From NCBI GenBank assembly GCA_017468925.1, contig JAFUHI010000009.1:201874-265873 (forward strand): DNA of 64,000 nucleotides, read 5' to 3'. Shown piece after piece: positions 9,954 through 18,359 of the stretch. The translations under genes and the position numbers were made by a program. Below the pieces are notes generated by a model. It had not been told where the DNA came from. It made no database searches and saw only the letters and a list, made by a program, of their open reading frames with translations. The DNA comes from Bacilli bacterium (GTDB taxonomy: Bacteria > Bacillota_I > Bacilli_A > RFN20 > CAG-826). Numbering within the stretch: position 1 is the first letter of the stretch; every line of letters begins with the position of its first letter.

Positions 9954-11183
9954 ATGAAGAAACTATCACTATCAATGTTGATTCTTTCAGCCGTTTCACT
10001 TTTTGCTGTTACGGCATGTGACAATGGCGGTGTTAAAGAAAGCAGTGGACTTCCTATTAATAGAGCGGAAGTTAATAAGAGAATGAGAAATCTCGCTAAA
10101 GAGCAAGGTTATTTTATCAATTACGAAATGCAATATAATGGCGAGCACTTTGGCGTTGATGCATTAGGAAAAGGAGAAACATTCTCCTATGTAAAAGCTA
10201 ATGGATTACAAAATGAAGGTGTTGCCATCAAACATCAAGGCGATTATTATCACATCTATTTCCTTAATAATCTTGATTTTGAATATTATATGTCTTATCA
10301 AAAAGATGTTTATGATCAATGGTATGAAAATGCTAGTTTTATCACCTTCGCTAATGGTTTAGGAGCTAAATTTACCAAAGAAGATGAAGACCTTAGCATT
10401 TGCGATCGTCCAGCCACATCCTATACCTTCTCCTATAAAGCAGAATTTGCCACTAAAGAATATAATTATCGTGCTTATATTGATGATGAATACGGTGTTA
10501 CCTTAGGTATTGAAAGTTTAGATGAAGTTCCAGCAAACGAATTAATCTCCATTCAAACAAATATGTTTTTAGTCGGTGATGATGTTAAAGCTCCTGCTCT
10601 TGCGGATGTTGATGAAGAAGATATCGTCAATGCTGAAGATGTCATGAAAGATTGGGAAGTTAAAATCCCTGAAAAGATTGCTCTTAATTATTTCCATGGT
10701 GATGAAAAGCTACAAACAGAACGTATCGAAATCATCGGTAAAGATGTCTATCTTTATAATAAAGGCGATAGTAACGAATCCGCTAAATTCTATAAATTTG
10801 AAGATGGCGCTTATACAAAATATGAAAGAGACTACTACGCTGGTGAACAATGGGTAGCATCAAATGGTGTTGAAACCGCTAAAGATGTCGCTGATGTCCT
10901 TTCATCTAATGCTGGTTGCTATGACGCCTTTGATTTAAATGAATTACATAGTGCTAAACTTGTTGGCAGCCAAGTATTCTTAGGAAAACCAGTCAGCATT
11001 TATGAATCTAAACGTAACGGAACAGTTTCAAGATATTACTTATATGCTGAAATGAATATGTTCCTTCTCCGTGATGACATCGGTGAACCATATCGCTTTG
11101 AAGTAACAAGTTTTGACGCTGAAATCAAAGCATTTACTGATACACCAGATAATCCTCTTAATAATGCCTTAGGATTATTCTAA
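9954..11183 (+). CDS. Lipoprotein, function unknown
   Basis: Signal peptide plus lipobox 'LFAVTAC|DNGG'. Confidence 0.75.
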   Translation: MKKLSLSMLILSAVSLFAVTACDNGGVKESSGLPINRAEVNKRMRNLAKEQGYFINYEMQYNGEHFGVDALGKGETFSYVKANGLQNEGVAIKHQGDYYHIYFLNNLDFEYYMSYQKDVYDQWYENASFITFANGLGAKFTKEDEDLSICDRPATSYTFSYKAEFATKEYNYRAYIDDEYGVTLGIESLDEVPANELISIQTNMFLVGDDVKAPALADVDEEDIVNAEDVMKDWEVKIPEKIALNYFHGDEKLQTERIEIIGKDVYLYNKGDSNESAKFYKFEDGAYTKYERDYYAGEQWVASNGVETAKDVADVLSSNAGCYDAFDLNELHSAKLVGSQVFLGKPVSIYESKRNGTVSRYYLYAEMNMFLLRDDIGEPYRFEVTSFDAEIKAFTDTPDNPLNNALGLF

Positions 11184-11230
11184 TAACAATATATTGTTAT
11201 AGTTATCTGATATAACAAGGATAAAATGAT

Positions 11231-12157
11231 ATGAAAGTTAACAAATTATTAGTTTTATTGGCCACTTTATCATTGGGCTTAAGCGCTTGTAATGAAGGCG
11301 GAGATAAAAAAGAAAGTAAAGACGAACCAACCACTGAAAGCGCTGAACCAGTCGAATCAGGTGAACAACCAACTGAATCAGAAAACCAACCAGGCGGTGA
11401 AGAAAGCGGACCAGAGGAAGAAGATGATTTTATTTACCCATTCCTTGAGGAAGGAATAAAAACTGGATTCCCAGTAGAAGAACTTCAAACGTTCTTAACA
11501 ACTTATCATATGTATATCGAACTTCCTTCATTTGGCGCGGATGATCTTTCTTGGGAATGGCATTCCTATCTCTTAAATGGATCGACCCCTGCATTTGAAC
11601 TTGACGCTCAAGATGAAGGTACAATCGGTACTGATTCTTTAGAAGATGTTCTTTTAGCATTATTAACGGAAGCTGAATTTGAAGTTGATTCTTCGGATTA
11701 TGATAAATCCGGATATAAAATCGTATATGATAACAATGATACGATGATGCTTTGGTACACTTATAATGGCTCTTTTCACTTCTGGCTTTATGCTGAAGAA
11801 TTCATTAACGAACCAACTACTGAATTCCCGTATGAAATCATGCGAAAAATCCATAAACATTATTTTGGATATAAACCTGAATTTCCTCTTCCTGTTGGTG
11901 GAGATGAATGGTATTACGGCGTTGAAAGAGATGACCAAAGCTATTATGGATACGCTTATACTTTAGATAATGGTGAAATCGGCGTTAATTCTATTGAAGA
12001 TGTCTATAAATCCGCTTTAGAAGAAGATGGCTGGAATATCGACGCTACAAAATATGATGAAGACGGCTATTATGCCTCAAAAGATAATGTATTAATTCAA
12101 TTCTTCACATGGGATGGAGAATTTGATTTCTACTTATTCGAGAGTGTGCCTGAATAG
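11231..12157 (+). CDS. Lipoprotein with an acidic low-complexity linker, function unknown
   Basis: Lipobox 'LGLSAC|NEGG' followed by an E/P/S-rich linker. Confidence 0.75.
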   Translation: MKVNKLLVLLATLSLGLSACNEGGDKKESKDEPTTESAEPVESGEQPTESENQPGGEESGPEEEDDFIYPFLEEGIKTGFPVEELQTFLTTYHMYIELPSFGADDLSWEWHSYLLNGSTPAFELDAQDEGTIGTDSLEDVLLALLTEAEFEVDSSDYDKSGYKIVYDNNDTMMLWYTYNGSFHFWLYAEEFINEPTTEFPYEIMRKIHKHYFGYKPEFPLPVGGDEWYYGVERDDQSYYGYAYTLDNGEIGVNSIEDVYKSALEEDGWNIDATKYDEDGYYASKDNVLIQFFTWDGEFDFYLFESVPE

Positions 12158-12194
12158 ATATTATCGAAGTTTTATCATTGGGAAAGATAAATAA

Positions 12195-12227
12195 AACGTG
12201 GCGGATTATCTCCTGCCACGTTTCTTT
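12195..12227. terminator. Bidirectional intrinsic terminator between convergent genes
   Basis: An AACGTGGC...GCCACGTT stem flanked by an A-run on the 5' side and a T-run on the 3' side. Confidence 0.6.
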
Positions 12228-12238
12228 AATATCGTTCT

Positions 12239-13435
12239 TTATTGTTGAGGACCGCCGACAGGTCTTAAGCTTCTCATCGACATCCACATGATTCTCATGC
12301 CGAAGAAGAAGATGAAGGCAAGCATGGCGAATTGGCTTAATCCTAATCCTATTAAAGAGAGGAGAGCAGGGGTGAAGGAAGCCCAATAGGCAATCTTCTG
12401 GCACTCCCAGATCTTATATACGTGGAGAGGATTCTTTTTGCCTCTGGTGATAAGCCAGACCATGAAGCCGAGGAATAATTGCAACGCAGCGAATACGCCT
12501 AAGGCGATGCCGGTGTACATCCAGGCTTGATTGAGTCTGGTATCTTCCCAGCCATCATTGAATAGTTGTCTCCAGTTGCTTAGGGTTTGGTTGAGATATT
12601 TCTGGTAATTTGTAGAATCAAGCCCGCCATTTTCTTTTGTCACATCATAAATGATCTCATTATCTTCGTTGTGGGTGTTTTTGCTTACCAAGGTCATGAA
12701 ATCAAAGGTGGTGGCGCTGCGATTGTAATTGCAGGTGATAGAACCGGTGAAACCGTTGTTGTTTCCTTTCCCTTTATAGGCTACAAACTTTTCAGGCCCA
12801 AAGAATATCGCGGAAATGGAATATTTCGAATTGCCTTCTGGGTCAGCATTTTTGACATAGTCAGATACTTTCTTGTCGAATTCGCTTCCTATTTCATTGA
12901 ACCAGTAGACCGCTAAATCGACATGTTCTTCTTTTTTGGTGGAAAGCTCTTTTGTGCCATCCTCTTTCTCTTCTCTCCAATCTTTGGTTGTCTCTTGCAA
13001 GTACCAATGGGTGTAGAAGAGGGAGCTTGATTTGGTTATTGAAGGATATATCGCTTTTCTTTCCTCATTCACCGCTTTCCAGGCATTGCCCCACGCTTCT
13101 TCATCGACTTCGAGAAGATGATTCTCATTGATCTTCATCGAAAGGTTCTTGCTTGCAAGTTTTTGCTGGAAGTCTGCAAGTGATATTTCTAAAGAGGAGG
13201 TTGGGGAGTCAACGAATTGCCCTCCGTTTCTCTTGAAATACATGACTGAGATTGGGACTGTTGCGATAATAACGGATAATAAACCTAATATAACAGCAGG
13301 ATACCAAGGCTTTTTCCTTGCCTCAACGCAGTAATCATTCTTGAAAAGAGAAAATAAAAAGAATTTGATGTTGGCCCAAACTTTTGATTTTTTATTTGGC
13401 TGATTCTTATTGTATTTTTGATTTTTATTGGCCAT
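12239..13435 (-). CDS. Polytopic membrane protein, function unknown
   Basis: 398-aa ORF with a Lys-rich N-terminus, one N-terminal TM helix and about three C-terminal TM helices. Confidence 0.65.
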   Translation of the reverse strand: MANKNQKYNKNQPNKKSKVWANIKFFLFSLFKNDYCVEARKKPWYPAVILGLLSVIIATVPISVMYFKRNGGQFVDSPTSSLEISLADFQQKLASKNLSMKINENHLLEVDEEAWGNAWKAVNEERKAIYPSITKSSSLFYTHWYLQETTKDWREEKEDGTKELSTKKEEHVDLAVYWFNEIGSEFDKKVSDYVKNADPEGNSKYSISAIFFGPEKFVAYKGKGNNNGFTGSITCNYNRSATTFDFMTLVSKNTHNEDNEIIYDVTKENGGLDSTNYQKYLNQTLSNWRQLFNDGWEDTRLNQAWMYTGIALGVFAALQLFLGFMVWLITRGKKNPLHVYKIWECQKIAYWASFTPALLSLIGLGLSQFAMLAFIFFFGMRIMWMSMRSLRPVGGPQQ

Positions 13436-13504
13436 TTTCTATCTCCTAATCTTCAAAATTATATCAAAGAAGCGTGAAATACAAAGTATTTTAAAGATTT
13501 CTCT

Positions 13505-13532
13505 TTGCAAAAACAAAATACAAACCTATAAT
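13505..13532 (+). promoter_or_regulatory. Sigma-A-type promoter for ssrA
   Basis: TTGCAA (13505-10), a 16-nt spacer, then TATAAT (13527-32), about 30 nt upstream of the mature tmRNA 5' end. Confidence 0.6.
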
Positions 13533-13561
13533 TCATAAGCCTAATAATAGGCATTGTTCTT

Positions 13562-13955
13562 GGGCTCGTACTGGTTTTGACGGGGAAATTATCCGGCTCT
13601 GACTGCAGTGGCGTGGTGAGCTTAAACACCAAAAGGCAATAACTGCCAACAACTATTCTTTCAGGAACGCCCAGCGCGTCTCCTACGCTTGCGCTTAATT
13701 AAGTAACCTACGGGTTCCTCTCTGCGGAGATGGGCAGCTCGCTTCCACCTATTAAGTGCCTTCTAGGTGGGTCAAGCGTTAAAAAGGCAATAAGCGTATG
13801 CGGTTAACTAGCCGCCTACGACGAAAACCACTTTAGTCCCGTTCGATGGTTCTTGGTTGTGCCTTACCATCGAATCAAATATGGCATGACCTAAACTGTA
13901 GAGGTCATTGTGGGATGTTCTCCGGACAGGAGTTCGACTCTCCTCGGGTCCACCA
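13562..13955 (+). ncRNA. ssrA: tmRNA (SsrA)
   Basis: The 5' GGGCUCG pairs with the 3' CGGGUCC, followed by ACCA, and includes the G3:U pair. A T-arm is present ('AGGAG-UUCGACU-CUCCU'), as is the 5' 'UUUGACGGGG' block. The internal tag frame reads ...ANNYSFRNAQRVSYACA and ends at TAA 13696-98. Confidence 0.9.
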
Positions 13956-13967
13956 TCTGTAAAGAAT

Positions 13968-13999
13968 AGGTTTGATACACGTTATCAAGCCTTTTTTCT
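13968..13999 (+). terminator. Intrinsic terminator of ssrA
   Basis: A 10-bp stem AGGTTTGATA / TATCAAGCCT (one G:U pair) with a 5-nt loop, followed by a T-run. Confidence 0.75.
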
Positions 14000-14268
14000 T
14001 GCTTTTTTGCCCATTTTTAGTGATTTTTGATGGTTTTTAAAAGCAATGGCGGATAAGCAATAACTGAAGAATATGTATCAAAACCCTCAATTGCTACACC
14101 CTTGATGCAAATTTTTAGATTGTTGACGGGACTTGAGCTGCCTAAGATGCACGCTTATTGATAAAAAAACTCAAGGAACTATTACTTGCTTCTAAATAAA
14201 AATCACAAAACCGCGCTAAACGGAAATGTGATATTTATTTGAATAATCTTTATATTTTGATTCAGTCT

Positions 14269-14679
14269 TTATTGATGATTATTGATCCAAACATTAATTG
14301 AATTTAGGATATCTTTGACTTTATCTTTAGCCTTATCTTTTTCTACTAAATCCAAATTATCAATATCAGTTAGAACGTTGATTAATGATTCATCGTTTTC
14401 CGGTTCTTCTCCATCTGGTATTAAATCAAAGAAATCCATCATATGTATCCACTCGCCCCATTGTTGCAGTTGAAATAGGGTTAATTCATCGTCAAGAAAT
14501 AATTCACAGGCATGCTTGGCATCGTACATTGTTACTGGAGCGTTTTTGCCGTTATCAACTTCTAATGTTGAAGTAGAAATGCCATCTTCACTAAAAAGTG
14601 AAGGATTGGTTTCTTTGAACTCTTTAATGTCGTCTAGATGAACGAATTTTACCAATGACTCATATTTATGTTGTGCCAT
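14269..14679 (-). CDS. Hypothetical acidic protein, a candidate immunity/antitoxin-like partner
   Basis: 136 aa, rich in D/E. Its RBS (AAGGAG) lies inside the last codons of the upstream gene, with a 1-nt gap. Confidence 0.55.
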   Translation of the reverse strand: MAQHKYESLVKFVHLDDIKEFKETNPSLFSEDGISTSTLEVDNGKNAPVTMYDAKHACELFLDDELTLFQLQQWGEWIHMMDFFDLIPDGEEPENDESLINVLTDIDNLDLVEKDKAKDKVKDILNSINVWINNHQ

Positions 14680-14680
14680 A

Positions 14681-15091
14681 TTATAACTCCTTTGTAGGCC
14701 ATTTGATGTGCCTATGAACTTTATTTCCTTTATTGTCGACAGTGTCTTTAAATACTGCTCTTATTGTACCATCTTTATACAAAAATTTTACGTATTCAGC
14801 ATACGAACCGGGAACATCACCTGGCTTAGTTGCCCTTAATACATGCAATCCATTTTCATGAATCTCATATCTAAAATTTGTATAAGATGAACCGGTTCTT
14901 TTTGCAAATAACTTCGCTTCCTTCCTTATAGTGGAGTCCATCTTGTTTATTGATTTCACAAAATCGCTTTTTGATGGACTTACTTCGCTTTTTATTAATA
15001 ATGAATTATTGGCATGATAATTTAGTGCTTCAGCATATAATTGCAAAGAACCAGAAACATAACTAAACGGCCCGCTATTTGGTGATCCCAT
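14681..15091 (-). CDS. Hypothetical basic protein, a candidate toxin-like partner
   Basis: 136 aa, rich in K/R/H. A strong RBS (GGAGGA, 6 nt, ATG) is present, and the gene overlaps the upstream one by 17 nt. Confidence 0.55.
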   Translation of the reverse strand: MGSPNSGPFSYVSGSLQLYAEALNYHANNSLLIKSEVSPSKSDFVKSINKMDSTIRKEAKLFAKRTGSSYTNFRYEIHENGLHVLRATKPGDVPGSYAEYVKFLYKDGTIRAVFKDTVDNKGNKVHRHIKWPTKEL

Positions 15092-15797
15092 AATTGTTCC
15101 TCCAAAAATCCTTATTCCTATTGTCCGGCCTAACGATATTGATATTATTATCGAGGCATTCTTTAAAGATTTTATTATATTTCTCCTCGGTGCATTCGCC
15201 GAAAACGATAATTGTTGATGGTCTAATTCTGATTATTGTTTCATGCAAACCATTGATAAGATTTTGAACATCTATTGGTTTTGAACAAAGGCCCAAAATG
15301 CTTAAGCATACAACACTTTTGTAAGCTATTCCGTCAAAGCAATATTCGTAGCTCTTTTGATTGTTGAATCTTAAATTAGGAATAATAGTGCAGCCGCAGA
15401 ATTCTCTTAGCCAAATAGCCACAACTCTCGACCGATAAACATTAAATATTTGCATTGCCAAAGGCATATCGCCCGTTATTGAATAATCAGGGCAACAAAC
15501 AAACTTTACATCCTTAAATCTTTGCTTATATTGAGATAATAGTTTTTCTTTTTTATGAATAATTGCATTCCATAATCCATTTATAGAATCAAATTGTTCA
15601 TCATATTGGTAAAAAACCACACAAGTATTCTTGGTTTTCCTATAATCTTGAATATCTGTATATAAAGCAAGATAATCAGGAAGATCATACCCAAAATAAC
15701 CAATAACTGGCATATCGTATTTACCAGCGACGAGCACATTATTAATTACATATGCGCCAAATGTATCTGGCAGCAAGCCACGTTTACGATTTTTCAT
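15075..15797 (-). CDS. DUF4417-like protein (assigned from memory of the family motif; function unknown)
   Basis: 240 aa. The block 'CCPDYSITGDMPLAMQIFNVYRSRVVAIWLREFCGCTIIPNLRF' resembles the DUF4417 core as I recall it. RBS: AAAGGGGGAA. Confidence 0.5.
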   Translation of the reverse strand: MKNRKRGLLPDTFGAYVINNVLVAGKYDMPVIGYFGYDLPDYLALYTDIQDYRKTKNTCVVFYQYDEQFDSINGLWNAIIHKKEKLLSQYKQRFKDVKFVCCPDYSITGDMPLAMQIFNVYRSRVVAIWLREFCGCTIIPNLRFNNQKSYEYCFDGIAYKSVVCLSILGLCSKPIDVQNLINGLHETIIRIRPSTIIVFGECTEEKYNKIFKECLDNNINIVRPDNRNKDFWRNNYGITK

Positions 15798-16029
15798 TTT
15801 TAGGTTTCCCCCTTTCTTTAATCGCTAACGTGAGCCCCGGGGCTGCACACTTATATTTTTATTTCAATTAATGAAATGAACAATTGAGCGAATCACTTTT
15901 ATTTTTCGCAACAATACGCACAAAAATTCAATAAAGAAATTGGAAAATAGTCAAAAAGCAACATTGTTAACTTTTACTGCTATTTTATGTTGAAATTTAA
16001 TATAATGGGTTTGATAAGGAGATACTAAA

Positions 16030-16530
16030 ATGGCAAAAGTCGAAGAATTGGCAATAGTTTTTGGAAAAAAACTTTCAAAACTTCTAGATGAAAAAAAGAT
16101 TTCTCATAACAAATTAGCTCAAGAAATAGGGATTGATCGTGCATCGATTACAAAATACGTTAAGGGTGAAAGTGCCCCTCGGCTAGATACTTTTCTAGCC
16201 ATTTGCGATGCTTTGCAGGTTCAACCTAATTATTTTTTAAATGCTGAATATGACGACTATTCTGCGGATAACTCAAAAACAGAAGAAAGAAAAATAATCG
16301 AATCGCTTTATTGTTTGTGCAAATCGGAAATAATAACTAAATATAGCGATAATGGATATGTATCAACTTATAATTATGTTTTAAGGATATTAGAAGGATC
16401 ATTGTTGGACACAGTTCTTTTAGAATGTCTAAGATATGCTGGCTCGGATCTTGCTGATGATGTTGAAATGTGCAAAAAAATAGTTGATAAATATGAGCCG
16501 TTATTTATCGAATATTTAAAAAAAGAATAG
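16030..16530 (+). CDS. XRE-family helix-turn-helix regulator
   Basis: HTH_3 signature 'ISHNKLAQEIGIDRASITKYVKGESAPRLDTFLAICDAL'. It is divergent from the DUF4417 operon. Confidence 0.8.
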   Translation: MAKVEELAIVFGKKLSKLLDEKKISHNKLAQEIGIDRASITKYVKGESAPRLDTFLAICDALQVQPNYFLNAEYDDYSADNSKTEERKIIESLYCLCKSEIITKYSDNGYVSTYNYVLRILEGSLLDTVLLECLRYAGSDLADDVEMCKKIVDKYEPLFIEYLKKE

Positions 16531-16777
16531 ACACGGAACACGCTCTTATTAAATGACATCTTTTTAAAACTAGAGGGATATTTGCATCACAATTAATTAC
16601 GCTAATATTAGAAAGATTGGGCGCCGATTTGTTCTATTTTTAATATTTGCAACAAACTTATATCGTATAGTTTCAAGCCTCGTCACCTCAGTGATTTTGT
16701 ATCAAAAGACTTCATCTACCTATCGAAAAAAACTTATTTTATATCGGTAATATTCCACTAGCTCATAAAAGAACTAG

Positions 16778-16811
16778 AATTGTGATACGAGAAATCTGTC
16801 ACAATTTTTTT
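16778..16811 (+). terminator. Orphan intrinsic terminator in a non-coding stretch
   Basis: An 8-bp stem AATTGTGA / TCACAATT with a 13-nt loop and a T7 run. It lies about 250 nt past the XRE stop codon. Confidence 0.5.
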
Positions 16812-17213
16812 GTTTTTAGGGGTAAAATAGGTAAAATCACCGGAGTTCGATACCGCACAATAAGGAATTTGCCTTATTTTTAGCCCCATTTTTTTAATTC
16901 AATAAATCAAATCATCAATTTACGGTGCCTTTCTAAAACATATAAAAAAATCAGCTCAGAAAACATTTATATTAGAACCTTTACAAATAATTGACGGGCA
17001 ACTAGGAAATGTTTTTAATGAAAATATAAATGATTTAGTTATGGTTTTTGCTTTGTATTTTATAGAAACAATGTCCAGACAAATGTCCATGCTGATGTCC
17101 ACGCATATGATAATTTGACTAAATTATAAATTTGGTTTTGGTGTCATTCTCTAGAAAAACCCTATCGTCATCTGTCAATTATAAAAATACTAACAGATAC
17201 TAATAGAAAATAA

Positions 17214-17405
17214 CTCTTGAATTTAACCAAAGAGGAGCAGAGAAAAACTTCTGACATTATTAAAGATTTAGGCTTTTCAAACAAAGAATATTCGGTATAT
17301 CGTGATAGATTGTTACAAAAGTGATTGGTTATTGCAAAGCAAAGGGGATACTTATCTCTTGCGTTGCCAAGATTTAAAGAATACATTTTTGATTATTTTA
17401 AATAA
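17214..17405 (+). pseudogene. C-terminal fragment of a paralogue of the NTPase at 18360-19412, with an in-frame TGA at 17322
   Basis: The translation '...YSVYRDRLLQK*LVIAKQRGYLSLALPRFKEYIFDYFK*' aligns with '...YQNYRSSLISKGIIEVVGYGKVDFALPRFDEFIQSISVYF*'. Confidence 0.55.
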
Positions 17406-17531
17406 TAGCAAATAATATTTTTCTATTCGCAATTGGCTTTATTTTGTTGTTTTTTCAAATTTGATATTGACAAGTACGCTTGGCAAAAACTAAGATAATA
17501 ATGACAAGTTAACTTGGCAAAGGAGAAAGAT

Positions 17532-17861
17532 ATGGATAAAGAAGAAATTTTACAAAAAGCCCAGCAAGAGAACAAAGGAGCAGACTTAGTAGACAAGCAA
17601 GCTCAAAAAGAAGGAGCTTGGATTGCCTATTTTGTTGCGGTATTAGCAATAATTTTAGTAGATGTCGTTAATGGGGTCGTTCTTCATAATGTAAATAGGG
17701 GAGCGGATTTTGCTTTATTCTCAATGGCGTTTACCGCATTTTTAATTAAATACATTAGATTAAGAAAGAAACATGAATTATTTGTGATGATCTTTTGGGG
17801 AATTGGCTCAATTGGGATGATGGTGTGGTGGATTCTTCAACTTTGTGGAGTGGCAGCCTAA
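17532..17861 (+). CDS. Small membrane protein (3 TM) paired with an XRE regulator
   Basis: AAGGAG RBS followed by an ATG at 17532. Hydrophobic helices are present, and the stop lies 1 nt before the next start. Confidence 0.6.
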   Translation: MDKEEILQKAQQENKGADLVDKQAQKEGAWIAYFVAVLAIILVDVVNGVVLHNVNRGADFALFSMAFTAFLIKYIRLRKKHELFVMIFWGIGSIGMMVWWILQLCGVAA

Positions 17862-17862
17862 T

Positions 17863-18069
17863 ATGGACGAATCATTAGTTCTTCATAATAATTTAGCAAA
17901 TATTAGAAGAGAAAAAGCTCTTTCTCAAGCTGATTTAGCAAAACTTGTCGGCGTATCAAGAAACACAATAAGTTCCATTGAAACAGGACAATATCAACCA
18001 ACCGCAAAATTGGCGCTGCTATTATGCGTGGCACTGGATAAAAAATTCGAGGAATTGTTTTATTTTTAA
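17863..18069 (+). CDS. Short XRE-family HTH regulator
   Basis: 'LSQADLAKLVGVSRNTISSIETGQYQPTAKLALLLCVAL' is an HTH_3 signature. The ATG at 17863 is preferred over the GTG at 17845. Confidence 0.8.
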   Translation: MDESLVLHNNLANIRREKALSQADLAKLVGVSRNTISSIETGQYQPTAKLALLLCVALDKKFEELFYF

Positions 18070-18243
18070 ATCGCCTTAAAAATCAAAAGACTCTATTATT
18101 TATCAAAATAGCGGTATTATTCGAGAATTAAAGGAAATTTTCTGTTTTAATTTGGCATTATTTGGGTTATTTAAATACATTCGAAAAAATACGACAAAGT
18201 GTTAAACATTTTGTCTTTTTTTATTGGTTTATGCTAGCGGCAA

Positions 18244-18331
18244 AGTTGCATAAAGTTGCATAAAAAATTTGAAGTTGCATAAAGTTGCATAAAGTTGCAT
18301 AATATTTTCAGAGTTGCATAAAGTTGCACAA
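18244..18331. repeat. Array of seven direct AGTTGCATAA decamers, arranged 2+3+2 with 9-bp AT spacers
   Basis: Copies start at 18244, 18254, 18273, 18283, 18293, 18312 and 18322; the last copy reads AGTTGCACAA. The array embeds TTGCAT(-35)/CATAAT(-10)-like hexamers. Confidence 0.9.
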
Positions 18332-18359
18332 CGCATCAAAGGTTAGTGGAGGAATAGAC

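Noticed and set aside
16843-16905. Possible attR-like copy of the tmRNA 3' end ('CCGGAGTTCGATACCG...GCCCCATTTTT' versus 'GGAGTTCGACTCTCC...GCCCATTTTT')
   Set aside because: Only about 9 contiguous identical nucleotides, plus a loose resemblance in the trailing sequence. No integrase is nearby. This cannot be distinguished from chance without a computed alignment.
17322-17324. In-frame TGA in the NTPase-like fragment, considered as evidence for genetic code 4 (TGA=Trp)
   Set aside because: Well-supported genes in the window terminate at TGA (e.g. 7678-7680, 20382-84, 41572-74). All long ORFs are intact under the standard code. The stop therefore reflects pseudogenisation.
18244-18331. Decamer repeat array considered as a CRISPR array
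   Set aside because: The repeats are only 10 bp and directly abutting, or separated by two similar 9-bp AT spacers. There are no unique spacers of CRISPR length and no cas genes.
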